NCBI GenBank assembly: GCA_965205205.1
Contig: CBDBFX010000002.1
Location: 1,373,506 to 1,437,505 of the forward strand
Direction: 5' to 3'
From: Arenicellales bacterium
GTDB taxonomy: Bacteria; Pseudomonadota; Gammaproteobacteria; Arenicellales; JAJDZL01
DNA: 64,000 bases
Part shown: one piece after another, positions 20,071 through 29,216 of the stretch
How the letters are laid out: the number at the start of each line of letters is the position of its first letter
How positions within the stretch are numbered: the first letter of the stretch is position 1
Notes under the pieces: model-generated
Seen by the model: the letters and a program-made list of their open reading frames with translations, nothing else
What the model was told of the DNA's origin: nothing
Database searches by the model: none
Position numbers and translations under genes: made by a program

Positions 20071-20640
20071 ATGAATACCGCGACATTTGATACATACGCG
20101 GCCGCGAGTGAGCTGCAGGCGCACGGCTTCACCGAAGACCAGGCTGTTGCGACTGTTTCAATGGTTCGCAGCGCCATGAACGAAAGCGTCGCTACGAAAG
20201 CTGATATTGCACAGCTTGAAAGTAGCATGAAGGCTGACTACGCGCAGCTTGAAAGTAGCATGAAGGCTGACTACGCGCAGCTTGAAAGTAGCATGAAGGC
20301 TGATATTGCACAGCTTGAAAGTAGCATGAAGGCTGATATTGCACAGCTTGAAAGTAGCATGAAGGCTGACTACGCGCAGCTCGAAAGTCACATTCAGACG
20401 TACAGTGCGCAGCTGGAAAGTCGGATGGAGACTCTGGAAAGTCGGATGAAGGCTGACAATGCACAGCTTAAAAGTGACATGAAGGCTGACAGTGCTCGTC
20501 TTGAATATCGGATGGAGACTCTGGAAAATCGGATGAAGGCTGACAATGCTGAGCTTGATAGCCGCTCGACCAAACGGTTGTACGTTGCTGCATTTGGTAT
20601 CGTCGCAATCACAGTTGGATTGCTGAAGCTCCTTGACTGA
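20071..20640 (+). CDS. DUF1640-like tail-anchored coiled-coil protein with 11-aa tandem repeats (copy 1)
   Basis: N-terminus MNTATFDTYAAASELQAHGFTEDQAVA matches the DUF1640 pattern. Six ADI/YAQLESSMK repeats. C-terminal TM segment LYVAAFGIVAITVGLLKLL. Start at ATG 20071 is preferred over the track's TTG at 20002. Confidence 0.65.
   Translation: MNTATFDTYAAASELQAHGFTEDQAVATVSMVRSAMNESVATKADIAQLESSMKADYAQLESSMKADYAQLESSMKADIAQLESSMKADIAQLESSMKADYAQLESHIQTYSAQLESRMETLESRMKADNAQLKSDMKADSARLEYRMETLENRMKADNAELDSRSTKRLYVAAFGIVAITVGLLKLLD
20200..20397 (+). repeat. 6 x 33-bp in-frame tandem repeat
   Basis: GCTGA(T/C)(A/T)(T/A)(T/C)GC(A/G)CAGCTTGAAAGTAGCATGAAG repeated head to tail. The paralogue at 59176..59406 has 7 units. 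Confidence 0.9.
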
Positions 20641-20840
20641 CCGCCCGAATCCCCGCCTCAGCGAACGGTGGGCAAAGCCGCGGAATGTCTGTATTCAATG
20701 CCGGTCGAGTTTTTCCCAAGAGCATCTTTAGACTGGATTCGGGTTGCCTGATCTTCTCACCCATTGATTGACCGTCACACCGGTTCGTTCTACCGTTCCA
20801 GACGCCACTGAATGACGGACATCAGACTGTCATTGACGCG

Positions 20841-21069
20841 TTGAAAATCCACTTCAGGTCCAAATCGGCTCGAAAAATTCGTGAGAATCATGGGGAAGGG
20901 GATAAAAAACTTGGACCGGCATGTGCGAAGTCACGACGGAAGCGATTGGTGGAGGCCAGTGCGGTGCGAGTCGTATCAGAAATGGCATCCGGTTGCCCAC
21001 CTACTCTGAAAGGAGAACGTAAGGGTCGGTTGGCCATTAAGTTGGATAAAAAGAATCGACTGTCTCAAG
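20841..21069 (+). pseudogene. RelE/HigB-like toxin ORF, 3' end displaced by ISAs1-like insertion
   Basis: KIHFRSKSARKI...KKLGPACAKSRRKRLVE...LKGERKGRLAIKLDKKNRL follows the RelE/ParE/HigB-type pattern (..C...G...A..L..RL..L....L.G.R.G..A..L....RL). Homology to its paralogue (59850..) and the ISAs1-like IR boundary place the break at 21069/21070. Confidence 0.4.
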
Positions 21070-21243
21070 CAGGGCAATTCAAAAGTCAGAAGGGACCAAT
21101 CCTACCGCGATTCAGAGTGTCACAGGAGCCGTTGTCGACCGGTTCGCCGTCTGATACAAAAAATCGCGTCCAGCTCTGGACAAACAAAAGTCAATCTGAG
21201 ATAATGGGCGCCGTCATGAGATCTGAAGACGAGAACGGGGCGG

Positions 21244-22870
21244 ATGGATCTGCGCGCCATTGAGGTGCGGCCGGTGTGCACGCCGGCCGAGCGTCGGCGC
21301 TGGGACGAGCTGGTCGCCCGCCATCACTATCTGCCTTACCAGGGGCTGTTCGGGCGCGCCCTGCGCCATGTGGCGGTGCTGGGTGAGACTTGGCTGGCGC
21401 TGGTGGGCTGGCAGGGCGGAGCCTTCAAGGTTGGCGTGCGCGACCGCTGGGTCGGCTGGACGCGCGACCAGCAGTATGCGCGCCTGCATCTGTTGGCCCA
21501 CAATGCGCGGTACGTGGTGCTGCCGGCGGCACGGTCGAAGAATCTGGCCTCGCGCGGGTGCTGAGTCTGCGGCGGCTGTGCGATGACATGCAGGAGATAC
21601 ACGGGTATCCGGTCTGGCTGGCCGAGACGTTCGTCGATCCGTCGCGTTTCGCCGGCACCTGCTACCGGGCTTCGAACTGGCACTCGCTCGGCCGGACGCG
21701 GGGCTATGGACGGGTGCCGGGGGCGACGCCAAACTGGCATTACCATGGTCAACCGAAGGAGGTTTATGTGTATTCACTGACAGACGACTGTCGAGATCAG
21801 CTGTGTGGCACGGCGGTGCCTGGATCGGGACGGTTCGAACGGCCGGCCGCTGATGAGTGGCCGTCAACTGAGGAGCTGGAAAGCCTGCACGACCATCTGT
21901 CGGGCATGGAGGATTTCCGCCACGCCCGCGGGCAGCGCTACCCGTTGCCCTGTCTGGTCACGCTGATGGTGGCGGCCCGCTTGGCGGGCTACCGCGGCAT
22001 CACCGCGTTCGGTCAGTATGCGGCCCTGCTGTCGCAGGAACAGCTGGCGGCGGTGGGCGCTTTCTGGAGTCCGAGCAAGGCGCGCTACACCGCCCCGGTC
22101 ACCTCGACGTTCCACTAAATATTGGCGCAGATGCCGCCCAAGTTCCTGGATGAAGCGGTCAATGCATGGGTGCAGGCGAACAGTTCGGCCGACGGGGCGA
22201 CGGCCATTGACGGCAAGGTGGTGCGTGGCGCGGCCAAGGCGCGCGGGAAAGCGCGTTGCACGCTGGTGGCGGCGCTGGAGCATGGCACGGGTCTGGTGTT
22301 GGGACAGACCGAGGTGGCGGAGGGAAGCAATGAGATTCCGGCGGTGAAGGAGAATCAGGCGACGATGCGGGCGGACCTGCAGTCCATTGACTGGACCAAG
22401 GCGGAACGGTTCGAGCAGGACGTGGAACTGGGACATGGTCGTCTGGAGCATCGCCGCTGTGAGGTGGTTGACCTGAGCAGTGCCGAATGGGACGGGTACT
22501 GTGCGCTGCACGGCCGCCGCCAGGCGTTTCGCATCGAACGGTGCCGCGAGCTCATCAAGCGTGGGACCGTCGAACGGGAGACCGTCTATGGTCTGACTTC
22601 GCTGCCGGCCGAACAGGCCGGGCGCAACGGATCGCCACCCTGGTGCGGGGACACTGGGAGATCGAGAACCGGCTACACGACACCCGGGACTTCAGTTATG
22701 ACGAGGACCGTTGCCGGGCGCATGTGCGCAACGTGCCGCGCAACCTCGCCACCCTGAGCAACACGGCCATCTCCCTGATCCGTCTGGACTACCGGTTCGA
22801 TTACATCCCGCAGGCGCACCGCCATTTCGCCGCCCGCCCCGATGAGGCGCTTGATGCGGTCTTGAAGTGA
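21244..22870 (+). pseudogene. ISAs1-family transposase with DUF4338-like N-domain; frameshifts and a stop
   Basis: Spread over four ORFs (21244..21564, 21390..22118, 22122..22757, 22487..22870). N-part: RDRWVGW..RLHLLAHNARYVVLP..KNLASRVL..ETFVDPSRFAGTCYRASNW. C-part ISAs1 hallmarks: DFRHARGQRYPL, AIDGKVVRG, GHWEIENRLHDTRDFSYDEDRCR. Confidence 0.8.
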
Positions 22871-22985
22871 CCGCATCATAGCCACCGACCTAAGCGACGG
22901 CCACACGCACCGAGGGGGTGCGAGGGGCCGCTCTGTCTGCAGAACGCCCGCAGGGGTGCCTTCACACCGCCGCACCGGCGCGGAC

Positions 22986-25595
22986 CTGTCAACAAACCAC
23001 ACTTAACACGAAGAAAATAATTTGCTAAATTATGTGGCATGCAAATCGGCATGCGACAATATGACAAAGAGACGGTAGCTTGGTTCCGGCAGGCGGTGGT
23101 CGGGGGCGAGACCTCGCGGACGCAGTTGGCGTCGCAGCTGTGTGAACGGCTGGACTGGCGCAATGCGAAGGGCGAGCTGTGTGAGGCGTCGGCCCGAAAG
23201 GTGCTGCCGACGCTGGCGTTGCGGCTGGACGTCAAGCTGCCGGCGCCGGTGCGGCCGGCACCGTTGCGTTCGGCGGCCGGGTTGCCAGCGCCGCCGGTGG
23301 TCTGCGTGTCGGGGTCGCTGGCGGATTTGGGGGCGGTGACTTTGGTGCCGGTGGTCGATGAGGCAACCAGCGTGCCGTTTCGGGCGCTGATGGCCTGGCA
23401 TCATCCGGAGGGGGAGCCGCGGCATCCGGGCAAGCAGCTGTGCTGGCTGATTCACAGCGAACGTCATGGGGTGTTGGGTGGCATCGGATTTGTGGCGGCG
23501 GGGTGGCATCAGCAGGCGCGCGACCGGTTCATCGGCTGGGGTGCGCGGGCGCGGGTGGCGAACCTTCATCAGGTGGTGAACCATCATCGTTTTTTACTGT
23601 TGCCAGGGGTGCGGGTGGCGAATCTGGCGTCGCATGTGCTGGGTCAGGCGGTGGCGGCGTTGCCGGCGGCCTGGTGGCGGCGTCATCGGGAGACGGTGGT
23701 GCTGACGTATACGTATGTGGGCCCGGCGCATGCGGGGACCTGTTATCGGGCGGCGGGATGGTCGTGTGCCGGACAGACGTCGGGTCGCTCGCCGAGTGGT
23801 GGCGAGGGGGTGCGGCGGACGGTGTGGATGAGGCCGCTGGTGGCGGGGTGGCAGGCGACGCTGCAGGCGGCGCCGGTGCGGACGTTGCCGGTGGGTCCGG
23901 CGCGGCATGCGGCGGGCGACTGGGCGACCCGGGAGTTCGGTGGGAACGGTCTGACGGATGGTCGTCTGCGGCAGCGTCTGATCGAGATGGGTCGGTGCTG
24001 GCAGCAGCGGCCGGGGGCGCCAGTGGCGGAGATTTTTCCGGAACCGGCGGATCAGCGGGCGGCCTATCGGCTGCTGTCCAATGCCCGGGTCAGTTCGGCC
24101 GATGTGCTGGAGAGTCATCAGGCGATGACGGTGCAGCGGGTGGGCGAGGCGGACGGGACGGTGCTGGTGGTGCAGGACACCACGGTGCTGAACTACCAGA
24201 CGCTGCGCGACTCGACCGCCGGTCTGGTGGCGATTGGTGGCGGCGGTTCGGGCAGTGTGGGGGTGGTGGCCCATGTGCTGCTGGTGCTGACGCAGACGGG
24301 TCAGCCGTTGGGGGTGTTGGATGTGGAAGCGGATTTTCGGGCGCCGGGGCCAAAGACCGCGCGGCGGGCGGCGGCCGGCGCCAAGAAGGAAAGTGGTCGG
24401 TGGCTGCGCGGCTTCGAGCGCACGGCGGAGCTGGGGCGGGCCGATGGCGACAGGCGGGTGGTGACGGTGGGCGACCGCGAGGCGGACCTGTGGGCGCTGT
24501 ATGCGCGCCAGGCGGTGGAACCGACCGCCGGTCTGTTGGTGCGGGTGGCCGCGGGGAATCGGCGGCGGGTGCAGGTCGGCGATGAGACGCCACTGCTGGA
24601 AGACTACCTGGCCTCACTGGCGCCGTGCGCCACGACCGAGGTGGCGGTTCAGGCCCGTGGCGGGGCGCACGCCCGCGGCCATCGGACCGTGTCGGTGAAC
24701 CTACAGATCGCGCGGGTGCGCGTGTGTGCGCCGCGCGGCGAGCAGCCGTCCCACCTGACGCTGACGGCGGTGCGGGTGAGCGACGCGGCACCGGAAGACG
24801 GCCGCCCGCCGCTGCACTGGCTGCTGCTGTGTTCCGAAGGCGAGGCCACGGCCGAGTGGGCGCAACGCATCCAAGGTTGGTATCAGCGCCGCTGGAGCAT
24901 TGAGGAGTACTTTCGGGTGCTCAAGACTGGCACCCGCATCGAGGATCGGCAGCTTGATGCGGCCGAAGACCTGTGCAAGTGTCTGTGCTTCGATGCCATT
25001 GCCGCCTGGCAGGTGTTCGCCCTGCAGCGGGCCGCCCGCCATCAGCCGGAGTGCCCGGCCGAGCAGTTCGTCACCGGCGAGCAGATCGAGGTGCTCTATG
25101 CCTGTCTGCGCCGGGTGCGCATCCGACATCCGCGCGGCCCGCCCAAGGGCGCGCTTGACATCCGCACCTTTGTCATTGATGCGGCCCGCTTCGCCGGCTT
25201 CCGACCGTCGCGTCGGCAACCGCTGCCGGGGGCACAGAAACTGTGGAGCGGTCTGCGCTATCTGCAGTGGGCCCTGCTCGGCTATCAGGCCGCCGTTGAA
25301 GACGAGTCCCGGCCGCGTCGAAGACGACCGAGCCGGCGTTCTTGACGCCGGCCGCGCGGCCGGCACCAACCGGCCGCCAACCGCTCTCGGTCCGACCGGC
25401 CGAGACGGCCGCGCGGGCCGAAAACCCCCTCATCCGACCCGGCGCACCACCCGCGGCACCCGCCACCGACTCCCCACGGCCCGCACCGTCCCCTCACCGC
25501 CAAGCCACTACGAAAAACAGACCTGAAAGGGCCGATCCCTTGCCTTCCGATTGCAAAGGCGCGACATCACTGTGTTACGTGTGACTTCGTGACAG
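22986..25595 (+). mobile_element. IS-A copy 2 (2610 bp)
   Basis: CTGTCAACAAACCACACTT at 22986 and the reverse complement of CTGTCACGAAGTCACACG ending at 25595. 9-bp TSD GGCGCGGAC (22977-22985 and 25596-25604). Confidence 0.9.
23039..25345 (+). CDS. IS-A transposase (768 aa): DUF4338-like N-domain + Tn5-type DDE domain
   Basis: Intact. Differs from copy 3 at only two positions that I can see (CEA/CES and VRP/VRS). Confidence 0.85.
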   Translation: MQIGMRQYDKETVAWFRQAVVGGETSRTQLASQLCERLDWRNAKGELCEASARKVLPTLALRLDVKLPAPVRPAPLRSAAGLPAPPVVCVSGSLADLGAVTLVPVVDEATSVPFRALMAWHHPEGEPRHPGKQLCWLIHSERHGVLGGIGFVAAGWHQQARDRFIGWGARARVANLHQVVNHHRFLLLPGVRVANLASHVLGQAVAALPAAWWRRHRETVVLTYTYVGPAHAGTCYRAAGWSCAGQTSGRSPSGGEGVRRTVWMRPLVAGWQATLQAAPVRTLPVGPARHAAGDWATREFGGNGLTDGRLRQRLIEMGRCWQQRPGAPVAEIFPEPADQRAAYRLLSNARVSSADVLESHQAMTVQRVGEADGTVLVVQDTTVLNYQTLRDSTAGLVAIGGGGSGSVGVVAHVLLVLTQTGQPLGVLDVEADFRAPGPKTARRAAAGAKKESGRWLRGFERTAELGRADGDRRVVTVGDREADLWALYARQAVEPTAGLLVRVAAGNRRRVQVGDETPLLEDYLASLAPCATTEVAVQARGGAHARGHRTVSVNLQIARVRVCAPRGEQPSHLTLTAVRVSDAAPEDGRPPLHWLLLCSEGEATAEWAQRIQGWYQRRWSIEEYFRVLKTGTRIEDRQLDAAEDLCKCLCFDAIAAWQVFALQRAARHQPECPAEQFVTGEQIEVLYACLRRVRIRHPRGPPKGALDIRTFVIDAARFAGFRPSRRQPLPGAQKLWSGLRYLQWALLGYQAAVEDESRPRRRRPSRRS

Positions 25596-25806
25596 GGCGC
25601 GGACGCCGCCGACCGCAGGGTTGAGGCACCGAAACCGTGCAAAACTCACCGCAGACGGCGTCTGCTCTCAGCCTGGTCCCTGCCATCGGCATTCGATCGC
25701 CTTCCAAACTGTCCGCTATCAACCCATGACCCTAGGCTGACTTACGACTTTTGAATTGTCCTGGATGGCCTATCAACCTTGTTTGCGATTAATGGAAGGA
25801 GTGATA

Positions 25807-25830
25807 AAATGTAGACAAAATTCTACATTT
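25807..25830. promoter_or_regulatory. candidate vapBC operator palindrome
   Basis: AAATGTAGA-N6-TCTACATTT, ending 17 nt upstream of the vapB ATG and overlapping a -10-like GATAAAAT. Confidence 0.45.
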
Positions 25831-25846
25831 ATTGATTATTAATTTA

Positions 25847-26101
25847 ATGGCATTGAATATTCGTAACTACGAGGTTGAAGAGCTGGCAAAAGCGGTTTCT
25901 GAACTTACGGGTGAAACTAAAACACAGGCAGTCAAGGTTGCATTAAAACAGCGCCTGCATCAGATTAAACTCCGACGATTCAGTAAATTCAGAATCAAGG
26001 AACTCATGGAGATCGCAAAACATTGCGGCTCCTTGCAAATGTTGGATGACAGAAGCGATGAGGAAATACTCGGCTATGACGACAAAGGACTGCCAGGCTG
26101 A
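25847..26101 (+). CDS. vapB: type II antitoxin, VapB family (Rv0623/PSK-like)
   Basis: MALNIRN.EVEELAKAVSELTGETKTQAVKVALKQRL ... DEEILGYDDKGLP is the characteristic pattern. Its stop overlaps the vapC start (ATGA-type junction at 26101). Confidence 0.8.
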   Translation: MALNIRNYEVEELAKAVSELTGETKTQAVKVALKQRLHQIKLRRFSKFRIKELMEIAKHCGSLQMLDDRSDEEILGYDDKGLPG

Positions 26102-26487
26102 TGGTAGTTGATACATCCGCGATCATCGCCATTCTCGGAAATGAACCCGAGCAACAGAGTTTCATTGAAGCAATTGAACAAAGTGATGTCCGTCTGATTT
26201 CCTCCGCATCATTTCTGGAAGCGTCCATCGTGATTCTCCACCGCTTTGGTGAAGAAGGGTTGAAAGACTTGGATGTGTTTGTCATGGCGGCAAAAATTGA
26301 AATTGAACCGGTTGATTCTGACCAAGCTCATATCGCGCGGCGGGCCTATCTGGAATTCGGAAAAAACAGACATCCAGCGAATCTGAATTTTGGCGACTGT
26401 TTCGCGTATGCCTTATCTAAATTGACTGACGAACCCCTATTATTCAAAGGGGATGATTTTTCCAAGACAGATATTTCCATGCTGTAA
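26101..26487 (+). CDS. vapC: PIN-domain toxin VapC
   Basis: MVVDTSAIIAIL..EPE start, conserved acidic residues, and C-terminal NFGDCFAYALS...PLLFKGDDFSKTD, typical of VapC. Confidence 0.85.
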   Translation: MVVDTSAIIAILGNEPEQQSFIEAIEQSDVRLISSASFLEASIVILHRFGEEGLKDLDVFVMAAKIEIEPVDSDQAHIARRAYLEFGKNRHPANLNFGDCFAYALSKLTDEPLLFKGDDFSKTDISML

Positions 26488-26587
26488 AAGCCATCTGACC
26501 CGGGTATCTTCCGTAATGAATTACTATACGCCGTATCTTTCACGCGATCTACGGCAATTCCCGTCAAACCTGCCGGGTCAGTAAATT

Positions 26588-26661
26588 CAGACTTCCTGAC
26601 ATGGTAACCGACATCAGCGGTGGTTCACTGATGGACAGGTCTGTCAAATCAGTGGTTTAAC
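26588..26661 (+). mobile_element. IS-E left-end fragment
   Basis: CAGACTTCCTGACATGGTAA.CGAC.TCAGCGGTGGTTCAC.GATGGACAGGTCTGTCAAATCAGTGGTTTAAC matches 4198-4271. Preceded by ~35 bp resembling an IS-D terminus. Confidence 0.7.
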
Positions 26662-26745
26662 CCGAAGTTCTGGAAGTAAATAGACGATAGGTGTTTGTTA
26701 TTTTTGTGAATTATTGACCATCCAATGATCAGTTTCTGACTACGT

Positions 26746-27099
26746 TTAGATTTTTACGTAAAGCAGGTCAAAGGCGGTTCGCTGCAGCTCGGTCGGTTCC
26801 GTCAACTGACTGAAACGCCGCTGAAACTGTTCGATGACAACAGTGTTGCGACACAAAGTGCCCAAGTGTCCGAGCAGGCCGCGGAAGTGATGGGGCGGAT
26901 GACCGTGTACCGTGCGCCGCGTCGTCGCTTTACGCCGGGCACTTGTAGAAGGAACGCTGGGCCGCACCGGCGAGCCGCGCCGCGCCTCCTGGCGGTTATC
27001 CTCCGCCAACAGCATTGGCGCCCAGGCCGGTCTTATATGCCACTCCACGTGATAGGCAGGCAGGCACAGGAAGACGTGGGAGCGAACCTGTTCAGTCAA
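26746..27099 (-). pseudogene. IS1634-type B transposase C-terminal fragment
   Basis: The 117-aa ORF contains VRSHVFLCLPAYHVEWHIR, the conserved IS1634 C-terminal block. Confidence 0.7.
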
Positions 27100-27245
27100 C
27101 CGATGATGGATCGGACGCGCCTGCAGATCAATCGTTTTCAGACAGCGGAACGCTTACTCCAGACGGGCCAGGCTCTTGTAGGCGCCGCACGGCGGCACTC
27201 GCCTCCAGTCTGGATTCGGACACCGAGGTGCGAACCACATAGATA

Positions 27246-29079
27246 GTGTCTGCAAGAAAACTCGAAAAAGTGAGATAATTATCTGATATCATGTGAATAA
27301 TATCGTATAATTGTGAACGAAGAATTGGCCTTTTGCCCTGAAAAAGGGGCGATTTCAGCCGATTCGCCGACTTTTCACCCAATCTTCGCCAGGCAGACAA
27401 GCAATGAGAGACATCATCAACCCGAATCTCGAACTGGGTGGCGTCGACATCATGGCCATTGAGATCGACCACCACTCGAGAGACGACATGCCGGCGGTGC
27501 TGCTGGGCCTGCAGGCGCTGTACAGTGACCCGCAGGTGAGAAAGCGGCTGTTCGCGCGGCTGGAGACGGAGGCGCTGCCGGGGGTGGATCTGAACAACGG
27601 CCGCCCGGGCATGGCGCTGTGGTCGGGACTGGTGATGGCGATGGTCAAGCAGGCGTTGAACTGCGATTTTGATCGTTTGCATGATCTGGTGGCCAACCAT
27701 AATAAACTGCAGCTGATGCTGGGTCATGGTACATGGATGGAGCCGCCGTACACGCTGCAGCAGGTGATCGACAACGTAAATCTGTTCCGCGCGGAACTGC
27801 TGGACAAGGTGTCGGCGCTGGTGGTGGAGGCGGCGCACCGGCGAGCGGGTCATCAGCCGGGCGAGGCGTTGAAAGGACGCTGCGATTCATTCGTGGCGCA
27901 GACGGACGTGCATTATCCGACCGACACCGGGCTGCTGAATGATGCGGCGCGCCGGCTGCTGGGTCTGATGCATCAGGCGCAGGCGTGTCATCAGGTGTCC
28001 GGGTGGCGGCAGTACCGACATCTGCAGCGAAAGCTGCGCGGTCTGTACAACGGCATCCGCCAGGCGAAGCAGGCGAAGGCGGACCCGGCGGCTTTGAAAG
28101 AATATCTGAGTTGGTGCGACGGGGTGGTGTCACGGGTCTGCGAGACGCGGGATCAGCTGATGCGGCAGGGGGTGTCGGGTGCGCTGCTGGACGAGGTGGT
28201 CACGTTCCTCGGCTACGCCGAGAAGCTGTCGGGTCAGGTGGTGCGGCGGCTGCAGCGCGGCGAGCAGATTCCGCACTCGGAGAAGATCTTTTCGGTGTTC
28301 GAGCCGCACACTCGGTGGATCGTCAAGGGCAAAGCGGGGGTGGCGGTGGAGTTGGGGGTGCCGGTGTGCATCGTCGAAGATCAGCATCAGCTGATCCTGT
28401 GTCAGAAGGTGATGTGGGAGGGCAGTGATGTGGACCATGCGGTGCCGGTGATCAAGGAGACGCTGCGGCGTCATCCGGATCTGAACCGATGCAGTTTCGA
28501 CCGCGGCTTTCACAGTCCGGCGGTGCAGCGGCAGTTGCAGGAGCTGCTGACTTACTGCGTGCTGCCGGTCAAGGGACGGCGTTCGCAGGCGGTGCGGGAG
28601 CGGGAGGAGCAGGCGTGGTTCCGCGAGTCGCGTCGTCAGCATCCGGCGGTGGAGTCGGCGATCAACAGTCTGCGGCATCGGGGTCTGGTGCGGGTGCGCA
28701 GTCATGGTGCGGCGGGCTTTGCGCGCACGGTGGCGCTGTCGGTGCTGGCTTACAACGTGCATCGGTATGGGGTGATGGTGCGCGACGAGTTGCGGGCGCG
28801 GGAGCGGCGGAAGCTGAAGCGGGCCGCCTGACGGCGGCGGTTGGCCAAAAGGGGTGTTGAACCGGTCCCGCCAGGGGACTGGATGGAGTCCTATGGGCCG
28901 AATTCGGCATTCGCCGCCCGACTGACGAAAAAAGCGTGCCAATCGGCGCAAAACGACCGAATGTTCAGAAATCTTCTCGCCCCGAACCCTCAGCCATCCA
29001 TTTTCTTCTCGATTCGAGGCTTCAGAAAATCAACATCGCCGGACATTTCATGCGAAAATGGGGGTTTTCTGGCAGACAC
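27246..29079 (+). mobile_element. IS-C copy 3 (1834 bp)
   Basis: Same termini. 6-bp TSD TAGATA (27240-27245 and 29080-29085). Inserted between LDGI and YVVRTS of the IS1634-B relic. Confidence 0.9.
27404..28831 (+). CDS. DDE transposase of IS-C (475 aa)
   Basis: Full-length paralogue. Confidence 0.75.
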   Translation: MRDIINPNLELGGVDIMAIEIDHHSRDDMPAVLLGLQALYSDPQVRKRLFARLETEALPGVDLNNGRPGMALWSGLVMAMVKQALNCDFDRLHDLVANHNKLQLMLGHGTWMEPPYTLQQVIDNVNLFRAELLDKVSALVVEAAHRRAGHQPGEALKGRCDSFVAQTDVHYPTDTGLLNDAARRLLGLMHQAQACHQVSGWRQYRHLQRKLRGLYNGIRQAKQAKADPAALKEYLSWCDGVVSRVCETRDQLMRQGVSGALLDEVVTFLGYAEKLSGQVVRRLQRGEQIPHSEKIFSVFEPHTRWIVKGKAGVAVELGVPVCIVEDQHQLILCQKVMWEGSDVDHAVPVIKETLRRHPDLNRCSFDRGFHSPAVQRQLQELLTYCVLPVKGRRSQAVREREEQAWFRESRRQHPAVESAINSLRHRGLVRVRSHGAAGFARTVALSVLAYNVHRYGVMVRDELRARERRKLKRAA

Positions 29080-29216
29080 TAGATACCGTCCAGCCGTGCT
29101 TCTCGGGGGATAGAATCGGTGTTGCGGGCGTAGTCAAAGGTGGTGTCGGTAATCCCGGTGTCGAAATGCTTGGCCACCTTGAATCGGTCCTTGACCCGAC
29201 CCAGGCGCAGGACGAT

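Larger units (their letters stand above)
21070..25763 (+). mobile_element. ISAs1-like element (about 2.07 kb) with IS-A copy 2 nested in its right arm
   Basis: Imperfect inverted repeats CAGG(G/A)CAATTCAAAAGTC at 21070-21087 and as reverse complement at 25746-25763. No TSD seen. Confidence 0.65.
26663..29216 (-). mobile_element. IS1634-type B relic, copy 1 (3' half only; split by IS-C copy 3)
   Basis: Minus-strand reading LRLGRVKDRFKVAKHFDTGITDTTFDYARNTDSIPREARLDGI / YVVRTSVSESRL...AFRCLKTIDLQARPIHHRLTEQVRSHVFLCLPAYHVEWH. The end sequence CGAAGTTCTGGAAGTAAATAG recurs at 49943. Confidence 0.75.

Noticed and set aside
20200-20560. Possible CRISPR array or satellite, because of regular 33-bp repeats (also at 59176..59570).
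   Set aside because: The units are contiguous with no spacers, are in frame within an ORF, and encode an 11-residue coiled-coil repeat.
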